Source: Candidatus Omnitrophota bacterium (GTDB lineage Bacteria; Ratteibacteria; UBA8468; B48-G9; JAFGKM01). Taken from it: a stretch of 32,672 nt of DNA. Below the pieces are notes generated by a model, which was not told where the DNA came from, made no database searches, and saw only the letters and a program-made list of their open reading frames with translations. The DNA lies in the NCBI GenBank assembly GCA_023818745.1, contig JAMWBY010000003.1:1-32672 (forward strand), read 5' to 3'. The position numbers were made by a program, and so were the translations under genes. How positions within the stretch are numbered: position 1 is the first letter of the stretch; every line of letters begins with the position of its first letter. Shown one piece after another: positions 1 through 9,766 of the stretch.

Positions 1-137
1 CAAGTCAAATTATAGAAAAAGCAATTATTAAATCACTATCAGAAGGTTATATAAAATCACTTGAAGCAGGAAAAATGGGAATGACCACAAGTCAGGTAGG
101 AGACCTAATAGCAAAATTTGTAAAAGAAGTAAAATGA
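1..137 (+). CDS. C-terminal fragment of a 3-isopropylmalate/isocitrate dehydrogenase family protein (5' end outside the window)
   Basis: Frame from nt 3 reads SQIIEKAIIKSLSEGYIKSLEAGKMGMTTSQVGDLIAKFVKEVK*, with TGA at 135-137. The 'G(M/Y)xTxxVGDxIA' tail is typical of LeuB/IDH C-termini. Confidence 0.7.
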   Translation, partial: SQIIEKAIIKSLSEGYIKSLEAGKMGMTTSQVGDLIAKFVKEVK

Positions 138-186
138 CTGAAAAATGGGTTATCTTAACGATGGTTTAAAGAGCAGATTTTTGAAA

Positions 187-192
187 TATAAT
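187..192 (+). promoter_or_regulatory. -10 element (TATAAT) 8 nt upstream of the GH127 start; probable leaderless promoter
   Basis: TATAAT 187-192, then TTTTTCAA, then ATG 201. No SD; the -35 is weak. Confidence 0.4.
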
Positions 193-200
193 TTTTTCAA

Positions 201-2015
201 ATGACTAAAATGTCAAAAAGTATTGTAGAAATTGTTAAAAAGGAAAATGTTAAAGTTGTTCCAGTAAATATAGAAGATGTTAAAATTAATGGTTTCTGGG
301 GAAAAATCTTAGAAAGAAATAGAAAAATAAGTATCCCTCTTCTTTATAAACTTTTTATTAAAAATAAAACAATAGAAAATTTTGAAATAGAAGCGAAAAT
401 TAAAGAAGGTGAAAAAACAGGTCGGCTTGCCACTGATTCTGATTTATATAAATGGATGGAAGCAGTAAGTTGGGATTTACAGAATGACTGGAATGAAAAA
501 AATATAAAACTTCTTGAGGATTTAATAGAGTTGATAGGAAAAGCACAGAAAAAATCAGGTTATTTAAATACCGCGCCATCTATAAAAAAAGAATTTGAAA
601 ATTTAAAGTATTCTCATGAACTTTATTGTGGGGGGCATTTAATTCAAGCAGCAATTGCACATTATAGGTCAACTGTAAAAGAAAATTTTCTAAATATTGC
701 TATTAAATGGGCAGACCTTATTTGTAAAAAATTTGGAAAAGGAAAAATAGAGAAAACAGATGGTCATCCTGAAGTTGAAATGGCATTAGTTGAATTGTAT
801 AGAGCAACAAAAAAGGAAAAATATCTCAAATTAGCCAAATTCTTTTTAGAAATAGAAAATCCTGAATATTGTGGATTACCAAATATACCAATTTTAAAAT
901 TTAAACAACTTTTTGGTCATGCTGTAAGAATGATGTATTTATGTTGTGGTGCTACTGACTATTATATAGAGACAGGAGAAAAAAAATATTTAAAAGTCCT
1001 TGAAAATTTGTGGGAAGACCTTGTTGAAAGGAAAATTTATATAACAGGAGGAATTGGTTCAAGATATGAAGGTGAAGCGATTGGGTTACCTTATGAACTT
1101 CCTAATTTAAGAGCATATTGTGAAAGTTGTGCTTCTGTTGCAGGTATGATGTGGGGTTTTAGAATGTTTTTAATTAAAGGAGAATCTAAGTATTTTGATA
1201 TTTTTGAACAAATCCTTTATAATTCTTTTCTTGCTTCTATTTCTTTTGATGGAAAAAAATATTTCTATAAAAATCCGTTATCTTCAAAAGGAGAACATCA
1301 AAGGAGACAATGGTATGATTGCACTTGTTGTCCTCCAAATATTCAAAGATTTATTTCTTCTTTACCTGGATATTTTTATTCAATTGGGAATGACGGTGTT
1401 TATGTTAATTTATATGATACATCAACTGCAGAACTAAATTTAAATAACAAAAAAGTAAAAATTGAACAGAAAACAAATTATCCTTGGGAAGGAAAAGTTT
1501 TGATAAATGTTGAATCAGATGAAGAAATTGATTTATATCTGAGAATTCCGAAATGGAGTGAAAAAACAAAAATCAAGATTGGGGAAAAAGTTTATAATCC
1601 TGAAAGTGGAAAATATTTTAAATTAAAAATTAAGGGAAAAACGGATATTGAGATAGATTTTAATATTAAACCAGATTTTTATTCTGGAAATCCAGAGATT
1701 GAAAGTGTCAGAAATTGTATTTCTATAAAAAGAGGACCGGTTGTTTATTGTCTTGAAAGTTTTGATAACCCCAAAATAAATCTTTTTAATTCAATATTAT
1801 GGGAACAGAAAATTAAAGAGAAATTTGAAGATATTTTTGGTGGAATTATAACTCTAAATGGTGAAATTCTAACAAGTTATGAGAAACTGCCATTATATGA
1901 AAAAACAAAAAAATTTAAAATAAATTATAAGGAAGAAAAATTTAAAGCAATCCCATATTTTTCATGGGCAAATAGAGGAAAAAGTAAAATGAATATTTGG
2001 TTTTTAAAAAAATGA
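201..2015 (+). CDS. GH127 glycoside hydrolase (beta-L-arabinofuranosidase HypBA1-like)
   Basis: 604 aa with motifs DSDLYKWMEA, HELYCGGHLIQAA, GHPEVEMALVELY, GHAVRMMYL, YCESCASV, CTCCPPN (Zn/Cys nucleophile region), KRGPVVYCLE and IPYFSWANRG. No signal peptide. Confidence 0.92.
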   Translation: MTKMSKSIVEIVKKENVKVVPVNIEDVKINGFWGKILERNRKISIPLLYKLFIKNKTIENFEIEAKIKEGEKTGRLATDSDLYKWMEAVSWDLQNDWNEKNIKLLEDLIELIGKAQKKSGYLNTAPSIKKEFENLKYSHELYCGGHLIQAAIAHYRSTVKENFLNIAIKWADLICKKFGKGKIEKTDGHPEVEMALVELYRATKKEKYLKLAKFFLEIENPEYCGLPNIPILKFKQLFGHAVRMMYLCCGATDYYIETGEKKYLKVLENLWEDLVERKIYITGGIGSRYEGEAIGLPYELPNLRAYCESCASVAGMMWGFRMFLIKGESKYFDIFEQILYNSFLASISFDGKKYFYKNPLSSKGEHQRRQWYDCTCCPPNIQRFISSLPGYFYSIGNDGVYVNLYDTSTAELNLNNKKVKIEQKTNYPWEGKVLINVESDEEIDLYLRIPKWSEKTKIKIGEKVYNPESGKYFKLKIKGKTDIEIDFNIKPDFYSGNPEIESVRNCISIKRGPVVYCLESFDNPKINLFNSILWEQKIKEKFEDIFGGIITLNGEILTSYEKLPLYEKTKKFKINYKEEKFKAIPYFSWANRGKSKMNIWFLKK

Positions 2016-2119
2016 TTTCACCTCATATTTTTAAGTCAAAAATAGTTAACAACTTCCATTTATTTACAGAAAAAGTTACTTGTTTGGCCAACTTTTTTCA
2101 AATAAAGCACCTTTATTAT

Positions 2120-2149
2120 TTGCTTCTCTTTTATATTTTAAATTATAAT
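2120..2149 (+). promoter_or_regulatory. sigma70-type promoter for the 2211 gene
   Basis: TTGCTT(2120-2125)-18 nt-TATAAT(2144-2149). A strong SD, AAGGAGGT, precedes ATG 2211. Confidence 0.5.
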
Positions 2150-2210
2150 ATTATTGAGAAGTTAAGATGTATGTTTTCTTTTTTGCAAACTAAGAAAAGG
2201 AGGTGTATAA

Positions 2211-2564
2211 ATGAAGAAAAATTTAATCTTATTAGCAGGAATAATTTTATGTTTTTGTCTAATTCTTTTTGCAGGAGAAAAGAAGGCGTCTTCTAAGGAA
2301 AAAGAAACCCCAAAAGGTGCGAAAGTAAATGTTGAGAAAGTGGTAGGAGAAATTACAAACATTGATACAAATTTATTTACAATTACTATAAAGCAACTGG
2401 ATGGAACCACTATTATTTTAAAAGCAACAACTCCTGAAATGCAGGAAGCAATAAAAAATTTTAAAGTTGGAGATAGGGTAAAAGTATTATATATTCCAGA
2501 AGAAGGAGAATTGAAATTATTTAAAATAAAGTTATTTGAGGAGAAAAAAACCAGAAAAAAGTAA
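2211..2564 (+). CDS. Small secreted protein with a probable OB-fold (CusF/DUF5666-like)
   Basis: Strong SD; signal peptide MKKNLILLAGIILCFCLILFA; pattern 'GEITNID..TITIK...FKVGDRVKVLY'. Confidence 0.65.
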   Translation: MKKNLILLAGIILCFCLILFAGEKKASSKEKETPKGAKVNVEKVVGEITNIDTNLFTITIKQLDGTTIILKATTPEMQEAIKNFKVGDRVKVLYIPEEGELKLFKIKLFEEKKTRKK

Positions 2565-2588
2565 GAAGAAAGAGAAATAAGCAACTTT

Positions 2589-3702
2589 TTAATATTTCTC
2601 GTATTTTCTCCTGCTTCTACCATATAGATAAAATTTTTTGATGGAACATTATAATGGATAGAATTGGAAGAAGATAAAATATATCCTCCTTCTTTAGAAG
2701 CATCTTCAATACAATTTTTTACCTCTTTATATATTTCTTCTTTGCTTCCATAAACTAAAGTTTTGGCACAATCTACATTACCAATAAGATTAATTTTTTC
2801 ACCATATTTGTCTTTAAGTTCTTTTAACTCTATGCCTACTGATTTTTCAATTTCTCCATAATTATCAAATTTAATTTCTGAAAATAATAAGTCCCATAAA
2901 GGCCTTGTGTTTCCATCGCTTCTAAAAACATAATATAATCCTAATGAATGAGAAAATTCAATGATTTTTTTAAATCTGGGAGCAAGAAATTTTTTTAAAA
3001 TTGCTGGACTATAAATTGGTCCATTTTTATCAGCAAGGTCTCCTCCTCCAAAAATAAAATCTGCGCCATGGTTTTTGGCTTCTTTTATAAATTCCATTGT
3101 TTTTTCATTTGAAAATCAAGAAGAATTTCTATCCATTCTGGTTTTAAAATTGTGCATTCAAGATAAATAGGATGTATTGGAATATGTAAAGAGGAACTAT
3201 AAGAAATCGCCATTTTGTTTCCTACTTTCTCTACAATTTTATCCCATCCTTCAAAGATAGTTTTATCATCAAAAAATTTGCAGTAAATTCTTCTTTATCA
3301 AAAGATGAAGATACACAAAAAACTCACCTGATTCAGAGGAAAATTTATAAATTGACCAGTTGCCTATTTCTTTATTTTCATATAAATAAGTGTTCTCATC
3401 TATTTTTTTAGGTAAATTTTCTTTGGAATAGTTTTTTGAGGAAGCCAACCGAAATTTATAAAATCAAGTTCTAATTTTTCATGAAGTTCAATAATATCCT
3501 ATATATATCTTTCAACAAGGAAATCTATCTCTCCTTTATATAATAATTCAATAGTATCTCTTGAAAACTCGTCTTCTCCTGTATAAGCATATCTTCCAAG
3601 AATTTCAGAAGCGACTTTTGAAACAATTAATTGGTCTGAAACAGGAACATAATCGCTTTCTTTATGATTAAACGCATTTAAAATTCTTTCTTTTCCTGTC
3701 AT
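2589..3702 (-). pseudogene. Disrupted uroporphyrinogen decarboxylase / MtaA-CmuA methyltransferase family gene
   Basis: N-terminus MTGKERILNAFNHKESDYVPV and C-terminal half (GGDLADKNGPIYSP, FRSDGN, LIGNVDC, GGYILSSSNSIH..VPSKNF) are UroD-family. They are separated by an in-frame TAG (3499-3501) and frameshifts near 3432-3437, 3271-3322 and 3100-3105, with a further one near 2604-2607. The natural stop is probably 2589-2591. Confidence 0.85.
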
Positions 3703-3723
3703 TAAATAAATTTTAAAATAAAT

Positions 3724-3752
3724 TTGAAAAAAAACAAACTTTAGTAGATAAT
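3724..3752 (+). promoter_or_regulatory. sigma70-type leaderless promoter of the M24-nfeD-LOG operon, overlapping a divergent promoter for the pseudogene
   Basis: TTGAAA(3724-3729)-17 nt-GATAAT(3747-3752)-7 nt-ATG 3760. On the minus strand, TAAAAT (3710-3715) lies 7 nt before ATG 3702. Confidence 0.5.
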
Positions 3753-3759
3753 TTTAGAT

Positions 3760-4845
3760 ATGAGAAATGAAATAGAAATTAAATGGCAAAGAATAAAAAA
3801 ATTAATGGCAGAAAATAAAATTGAGGGTGTTTTGATAAACAAAGTTAGTAATTTTGCTTGGTTTACAGGAGGAAAAATAAATTATGTTGGACTTCATACA
3901 GAAGTAGGTGTTTGCAAATTGCTTATAACAGAGGAGAAAATTTATTATCTTACAAATAATATTGAATATCCAAGAATTTCAGAAGAGGAATTAAAAGATT
4001 TTGGATTTGAGCCAATAATAGAAAACTGGTATGAAGAGAAATTTGATAAAAGAATAAAAAAAATCGTTTCTGGCAATATCGGGTCAGATATACCTTTTTT
4101 AAATTATATTCCTGTAAATCTTGAATCCCTTCATTTTCCACTTTTATTAGAAGAAATTGAAAGATATAAAAAACTTGGTAAGGAAACCACCGAAATAATG
4201 ACTGAAATTTGTAGAGAAATAAAAAAAGGAGATAAAGAAATAGAAATTTCTGGCAGATTGAGTGAAAGATTATGGAGTAAAAATATTATCCCTATTGTAA
4301 TTTTGATTGCTGGTGATTATAGAATTGAGAAATTTAGACATCCTATCTCAACTGAAAATAAGATTAAAAAATGTGTTATGGTTGTTTTATGTGGAAGAAG
4401 AGATGGTTTAATTGTTTCAATAACGCGACTTGTGCATTTTGGTAAATTGTCCGAAGAATTAAAAAAGAGGCATATTGCTGTTTGTAAAATTGATAGTTGT
4501 TTCATAATGCAGACAAGAAAAAATAAATCAATTGGAGATGTTTTTAAAAAAGGAATGCAAATGTATGAAAAAATGGGTTATGGAGAAGAATGGAAAAAAC
4601 ATCATCAGGGTGGACCAACAGGTTATTTAACAAGATATTTTAGAGCAACAGAAGATAAAACCGAACTTATCAATGAGAATCAGGCCTTTGCTTGGAATCC
4701 TTCAATAACAGGCACAAAATCAGAAGATACAATAATTACAACTGAAAATCAACCGATTATCATAACAGAAGACAAAAACTGGCCATTATTAGAAATAGAA
4801 ACAGAATTTGGAGAAATTTATAGGCCAGATATTTTGATAAGATGA
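3760..4845 (+). CDS. M24 family metallopeptidase (Xaa-Pro peptidase-like)
   Basis: Creatinase-like N-terminus (GVLINKVSNFAWFTGG); pita-bread domain motifs FRHP, SITRLVHFG, HHQGGPTGY, AWNPSITGTKSEDT. Confidence 0.85.
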   Translation: MRNEIEIKWQRIKKLMAENKIEGVLINKVSNFAWFTGGKINYVGLHTEVGVCKLLITEEKIYYLTNNIEYPRISEEELKDFGFEPIIENWYEEKFDKRIKKIVSGNIGSDIPFLNYIPVNLESLHFPLLLEEIERYKKLGKETTEIMTEICREIKKGDKEIEISGRLSERLWSKNIIPIVILIAGDYRIEKFRHPISTENKIKKCVMVVLCGRRDGLIVSITRLVHFGKLSEELKKRHIAVCKIDSCFIMQTRKNKSIGDVFKKGMQMYEKMGYGEEWKKHHQGGPTGYLTRYFRATEDKTELINENQAFAWNPSITGTKSEDTIITTENQPIIITEDKNWPLLEIETEFGEIYRPDILIR

Positions 4846-6122
4846 AAAAATTATTTTTTATTATCTCTTTCTGGATTTTTAGTATTGTTTGTAACTCACA
4901 GGTTGGGTATCTTTTAAATATTGATGGAGCAATTGGTCCAGTTACTTATTATCAAGTTAAAAATATCTTATCTATCGCAAAAAAAAATAATGCAAATTTT
5001 GTCTTAATAACAATAGATACTCCTGGAGGTCTTCTGTCATCAACAAGAAAGATAGTTCAAGAAATATTATCTTCAGAAATTCCAGTCATCTGTTATGTTT
5101 ATCCAAGTGGTTCTCAATGTGCTTCTGCAGGAACTTTTATTGCTCTTTCTTCTCATATTCTTGCTATGTCCCCAGCGACAAATATAGGAGCAGCACATCC
5201 TGTTACTTTAACAGGTGGAGAAAAAGATACTCCAATGGAAGAGAAAATTGTAAATGATACAGTTAGTTTTATTAAAACGATTGCAAAATACAGGAATAGA
5301 AATGAAAAATGGGCAGAAAAAGCAGTTAGAGAAAGTATTTCTTCAACTGAAGAAGAAGCACTAAGGGAAAAAGTTATTGATTTGGTGGCAAAAAACATAA
5401 ATGAATTACTTGAGAAAATAGATGGTTGGATAATTAATATCAAAGACAAAGAAACTACTTTAAAAACAAAAGGTGTTCAAATTAAAGAATCAAAACCAGA
5501 ATTTAAAGATAGAATTTTACAATTTATTTCAGACCCAACTATTGCCTATATTTTACTTGTTATTGGCATATGGGGAATAATTCTTGAATTTTCACATCCT
5601 GGTTTTGGGATTCCTGGAATTGTTGGAACAATTGCTTTGATTCTTGCTTTTTTTGGTCTTCATACACTTCCTATAAACCTTGCCGGACTTATTTTACTTT
5701 TTTTAAGTTTCATATTTTTTGCTCTTGAAGCAATAACTCCGACTTTTGGAATTTTTTTAACTTCTGGTATTATTACTTTTATACTTGGTTCTTTAATGCT
5801 ATTTAAACATGGTTCAATGATTAAAATTCCTGTTTTAATAATTTTTTATGTGAGTATTTTAACAGGTGGTTTTGTATGGTTTATAATCTGGTTTGCTTGG
5901 AAAACAAAGAAGAGGAAGGTAATCACAGGTAAGGAAGGACTTATAGGAGAAGAAGGTAGAGCATTATCAGAACTTAATCCAGAAGGAACAGTTTTTGTGC
6001 ATGGAGAATATTGGAAAGCAAAAAGTCAGACAGGTATAATTAAAAAGGATGCCAGAATAATAGTTGTTAAAGTAGAAGGTATGGTTTTAATTGTAAAGGA
6101 GAAAGAAGATGAAAAAAGATAA
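4842..6122 (+). CDS. nfeD: Long-form NfeD membrane-bound ClpP-class serine protease
   Basis: Signal peptide; IDTPGG, CASAG (catalytic Ser), TNIGAAHPV, EKIVND (Lys); TM bundle; C-terminal OB domain TGKEGLIGEEG..GTVFVHGEYW. Confidence 0.92.
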   Translation: MKKLFFIISFWIFSIVCNSQVGYLLNIDGAIGPVTYYQVKNILSIAKKNNANFVLITIDTPGGLLSSTRKIVQEILSSEIPVICYVYPSGSQCASAGTFIALSSHILAMSPATNIGAAHPVTLTGGEKDTPMEEKIVNDTVSFIKTIAKYRNRNEKWAEKAVRESISSTEEEALREKVIDLVAKNINELLEKIDGWIINIKDKETTLKTKGVQIKESKPEFKDRILQFISDPTIAYILLVIGIWGIILEFSHPGFGIPGIVGTIALILAFFGLHTLPINLAGLILLFLSFIFFALEAITPTFGIFLTSGIITFILGSLMLFKHGSMIKIPVLIIFYVSILTGGFVWFIIWFAWKTKKRKVITGKEGLIGEEGRALSELNPEGTVFVHGEYWKAKSQTGIIKKDARIIVVKVEGMVLIVKEKEDEKR

Positions 6123-6738
6123 ATATGAAGAAGCGTGGAGGATTTTCAGGATAATGGCAGAGTTTGTAGAGGGTTTTGAAACATTGGAAAGGGTTAAGAA
6201 AGCAATAACTATTTGGGGTTCGGCAAGGATAAAACCAAATGACCAATGGTATGAAAAAGCAGTTATTACAGCAGAGAAACTTGCCAAAAAAGGTTATACT
6301 ATAATAACAGGTGGAGGTCCTGGTATAATGGAAGCGGCTAATAAAGGAGCAAGTTTAGCAGGTGGAGAATCTATTGGCCTTAATATTGAATTACCTCAGG
6401 AGCAAAAGCCAAATCCATATATAAAAACAATAATTTCTTTTAGATATTTTTTTACAAGAAAAGTTATGTTTGTAAAATATGCAAAAGGATTCATCATTTT
6501 TCCTGGTGGTTATGGAACACTTGATGAGTTTACAGAGGCGATAACTTTAATTCAAACTAATAGAGTTCATAAATTTCCAGTTGTTCTAATGGATAAAGAG
6601 TATTGGAAGGACTTTATTAATTGGGTTAAAAATGTTATTCTTAAAAGAGGTTATATTGACAAAGAGGATCTTCAGATTTTTAAAACAACAGATAGTCCAG
6701 AAGAAGCAGTTAAAATTATTGAAAGTTTTTATAAATGA
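6109..6738 (+). CDS. LOG family nucleotide phosphoribohydrolase (TIGR00730-like Rossmann fold)
   Basis: WGSAR, TGGGPGIMEAANKGA, GLNIELP.EQ.PNPY, RKVMFVK, PGGYGTLDE. Confidence 0.92.
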   Translation: MKKDKYEEAWRIFRIMAEFVEGFETLERVKKAITIWGSARIKPNDQWYEKAVITAEKLAKKGYTIITGGGPGIMEAANKGASLAGGESIGLNIELPQEQKPNPYIKTIISFRYFFTRKVMFVKYAKGFIIFPGGYGTLDEFTEAITLIQTNRVHKFPVVLMDKEYWKDFINWVKNVILKRGYIDKEDLQIFKTTDSPEEAVKIIESFYK

Positions 6739-6747
6739 TTTTTTTGA

Positions 6748-7290
6748 CTATTTCTCTTTAGAATTTAAAATTTCTTCAAGTTTACTGGTAAAAATTGAAT
6801 AAGTTTTTTCATCAAATAGAACAAATCTTATTTTTTTAATTGATTTTAAATCAGGTATTACTTCTAAGACAGCTTTAATTGATACTTCAGATGCTTCTTC
6901 AACAGGATATCCGAAAATTCCTGTTGAAATTGCAGGGAAAGCAATTGATTTAAGTCCTTTGCTATCAGCAAGTTTTAATGAATTTTTAAAACATAGAGCA
7001 AGTTTGGTAGCAGGATTTTTTTCTTCTGAATAAATAGGCCCAACAGTGTGAATAACATAAGAATTAGGTAAATTATATCCTTTTGTTATAACTACTTCAC
7101 CTACCTCAATTGGAGCATATTTTTTACATTCTTCATAAAGTTTTGGACCTGCTTTTTTATGTATCGCACCTGCAACTCCTCCTCCAGGAGCAAGATATTT
7201 ATTACTTGCATTTACAATAACATCTATATCTTTTTGTTCAGTTATATCTCCTTTCACACATTCAATTTCTATATTGTTGATTTTTAGCAT
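6748..7290 (-). CDS. Macrodomain protein (O-acetyl-ADP-ribose deacetylase / ADP-ribosylhydrolase, YmdB-like)
   Basis: GDITE, IVNASN, GGGVAGAIH, VIHTVGP, SIAFPAISTGIFGYP. Confidence 0.93.
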   Translation of the reverse strand: MLKINNIEIECVKGDITEQKDIDVIVNASNKYLAPGGGVAGAIHKKAGPKLYEECKKYAPIEVGEVVITKGYNLPNSYVIHTVGPIYSEEKNPATKLALCFKNSLKLADSKGLKSIAFPAISTGIFGYPVEEASEVSIKAVLEVIPDLKSIKKIRFVLFDEKTYSIFTSKLEEILNSKEK

Positions 7291-7327
7291 ATTTTAAAAT
7301 ATTATATAAAAATTAAGGAGAAGTCAA

Positions 7328-8464
7328 ATGGTATATAGAAAATTTGGTAAGACAGGAATTTATGTTTCAATACTTGGATTTGGTGCAATGCGGCTTCCGG
7401 TTAAAGAAATAAACGGAAATAAAGTCATAGATAAAGATTTGTCAATAGAAATTATCACAAGAAGTATAAAACTTGGAATAAATTATATTGATACTGCGTA
7501 TGGATACTGCAATGGAGAGAGTGAAATAGTTGTAGGTAAAGCAATAAAAAATTATAGAGATAGAGTATATATTTCTACCAAGATTCCTCTTTGGAAAGTT
7601 GAAAAGAGAGGAGATTATAGAAAAATTTTAGAAGAACAACTTAAAAAATTAAATACAGATTATATTGACTTTTATCATTTTCACGGGATAAACTGGCAAA
7701 TTTTCCAGGAAAAAGTAATTAAATTAAAACTTCTTAAAGAAGCATTGAAAGCAAAAGTAGAAGGATTGATAAAACATATCTCATTTTCATTTCACGATAA
7801 ACCAGAATATATGAAAAAAATTGTAGATATAGGGGAAATATTTGAAAGTGTTCTCTGTCAGTATAATTTGCTTGATAGAAGAAATGAAGAGATGATTAAG
7901 TATGTTGCTGAAAAAGGGCTTGGAGTTGCAGTTATGGGACCTGTTGGTGGTGGCCGACTTGCTGAATTTCCTTATTTAATGGATGTATTTAAAGAAAAAT
8001 ATAAAACACCTGTAGAAATCGCTTTAAAATTTGTTTTTTCTAATAAAAATATCTCTCTTGCCCTTTCCGGTATGAATTCAATTGAAATGGTAGAAGAAAA
8101 TACTAAAATTGCGAATTCATTTTATCTTCTTACAGATGATGAGATAAAGTTGATAGAAAAGGTTATAACTTATAGGAAGAAAAAAGGAGAAATTCCATGT
8201 ACTTTATGTAGATATTGCTTGCCTTGTCCTAAGAATATTCCAATTCCATTTATTTTCAATCTTTTTAATCAATATATTTTACTTGGTTCTAAAAAGATGG
8301 TGGAAGAATACATGATGATTGGAGAGAAAAGCGGAGATGACAGGAAAAAAGTAAATTTTTGTATTGATTGTGGTCAGTGTGAAACAAAATGTCCTCAAAA
8401 AATTGAAATAAGAAGAACATTGAAAAAAATTGATAAAATATTTTCTAAAAGTTCTAAATATTAG
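7328..8464 (+). CDS. Aldo/keto reductase with C-terminal 2x[4Fe-4S] domain
   Basis: [35 protein letters not shown]; C-terminal [11 protein letters not shown] and [21 protein letters not shown]. Confidence 0.9.
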   Translation: MVYRKFGKTGIYVSILGFGAMRLPVKEINGNKVIDKDLSIEIITRSIKLGINYIDTAYGYCNGESEIVVGKAIKNYRDRVYISTKIPLWKVEKRGDYRKILEEQLKKLNTDYIDFYHFHGINWQIFQEKVIKLKLLKEALKAKVEGLIKHISFSFHDKPEYMKKIVDIGEIFESVLCQYNLLDRRNEEMIKYVAEKGLGVAVMGPVGGGRLAEFPYLMDVFKEKYKTPVEIALKFVFSNKNISLALSGMNSIEMVEENTKIANSFYLLTDDEIKLIEKVITYRKKKGEIPCTLCRYCLPCPKNIPIPFIFNLFNQYILLGSKKMVEEYMMIGEKSGDDRKKVNFCIDCGQCETKCPQKIEIRRTLKKIDKIFSKSSKY

Positions 8465-9743
8465 AATATTCTTTAGTTTGGGCTTTTAAACTTAGAAGAA
8501 GTTCAATATTTGATTTAGTCATTTTTATTTTATTTATCAGTAATTCCATCGCTTCAATTGGATTCAAAGGAGCAAGTATTTTTCTTAGAAGCCATATTAA
8601 CTGAAGTTCCTCACTATCTATTAAAAATTCTTCCCTTCTTGTTCCAGACCTGTTAATATCTATTGCAGGGAAAATTCTTCTATCGGCGAGTTTTCTTTCA
8701 AGATTTATCTCCATATTACCCGTTCCTTTAAATTCTTCAAAAATAACCTCATCCATTTTACTACCTGTATCTATTAAAGCAGTCCCTATTATTGTTAAAC
8801 TTCCTCCCTCTTCTATATTTCTTGCTGCTCCAAAAAATCTTTTTGGTTTATCAAGAGCAGTAGATTCAAGTCCACCTGTCATTATTTTTCCACTATGTGG
8901 AACAAGAACATTGTATGCTCTTGCAAGGCGGGTAATACTATCAAGTAAAATTACAACATCTCTTTTATGTTCAACAAGACGTTTTGCTTTTTCAAGAGCA
9001 ATTTCAGCAACCTGTGTATGTCTTTCAGGTGATTCATCAAACGTTGCACTTATTACCTCTCCTTTTACAATTCTTCTCATTTCAGTTACTTCTTCAGGCC
9101 TTTCTGCAACAAGTAAAACAATTAAATAAACTTCTGGATGATTTTTGGCTATGGCATTGGCTATTTTTTGCAATATGACTGTTTTCCCTGCTCTTGGTGG
9201 AGAAACAATCAATCCTCTCTGTCCCTTTCCAATAGGAGCAATTAAATCAATTACTCTTGTTGTTATTTCTTCAGGAGTTGTCTCAAGTATAAATCTCTTA
9301 TTCGGGTGAATTGGTGTTAATTCTTCAAAAGGAATTCTCGTTGCAATGCTTTCAGGAACTTCTCCATTTACCATTTCTACTTTCAAAAGAGCAAAATATT
9401 TTTCATTATCTTTGGGAGGTCTTATCTGTCCTGAAACAGTATCTCCTGTTTTAAGCCCGAATTTCTTAATTTGAGATGGAGAAACATATATATCATCAGG
9501 TCCGGGTAAATAATTATAGTTAGGAACTCTTAAAAAACCAAAACCATCAGGAAGAACCTCAAGAACTCCTTCTCCAAACAAAAGACCATTCTTTTTTGCT
9601 TGTGCTTCCATAATTTTATAAATTAATTCTTCTTTTCTTAACCCACTTATTCCGTTTACTTCCATTTCTTTTGCAATCTTTTGCAATTTACTTACATTTA
9701 ATTTTCTTAAGGTAGAAACATTAATTTCATTTGCTTTTTCCAT
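8454..9743 (-). CDS. rho: Transcription termination factor Rho
   Basis: [36 protein letters not shown] (Walker A), [31 protein letters not shown]. Confidence 0.98.
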   Translation of the reverse strand: MEKANEINVSTLRKLNVSKLQKIAKEMEVNGISGLRKEELIYKIMEAQAKKNGLLFGEGVLEVLPDGFGFLRVPNYNYLPGPDDIYVSPSQIKKFGLKTGDTVSGQIRPPKDNEKYFALLKVEMVNGEVPESIATRIPFEELTPIHPNKRFILETTPEEITTRVIDLIAPIGKGQRGLIVSPPRAGKTVILQKIANAIAKNHPEVYLIVLLVAERPEEVTEMRRIVKGEVISATFDESPERHTQVAEIALEKAKRLVEHKRDVVILLDSITRLARAYNVLVPHSGKIMTGGLESTALDKPKRFFGAARNIEEGGSLTIIGTALIDTGSKMDEVIFEEFKGTGNMEINLERKLADRRIFPAIDINRSGTRREEFLIDSEELQLIWLLRKILAPLNPIEAMELLINKIKMTKSNIELLLSLKAQTKEYSNI

Positions 9744-9766
9744 TTTTGCTCCTTTTTGAAATTTTT

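Noticed and set aside
1997-2296. 99-aa ORF spanning the GH127-2211 gap
   Set aside because: It overlaps two better-supported genes, has no motif or SD, and covers a promoter region.
2162-3097. 311-aa ORF as an intact gene with a hydrophobic C-terminal extension
   Set aside because: Only the first about 165 aa are UroD-like. The rest is frameshift read-through antisense to the 2211-2564 gene.
3499-3501. In-frame TAG as pyrrolysine or stop-codon recoding in a methyltransferase-like gene
   Set aside because: The same gene has several frameshifts, TAG ends other genes here normally (rho, pgi/pmi, cca, guaAB), and no pyl genes are in the window.
6109-7290. LOG plus macrodomain as an anti-phage (Thoeris-like SLOG/Macro) system
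   Set aside because: The genes are convergent, both look like ordinary housekeeping members of their families, and there is no TIR, SIR2 or TM effector nearby.
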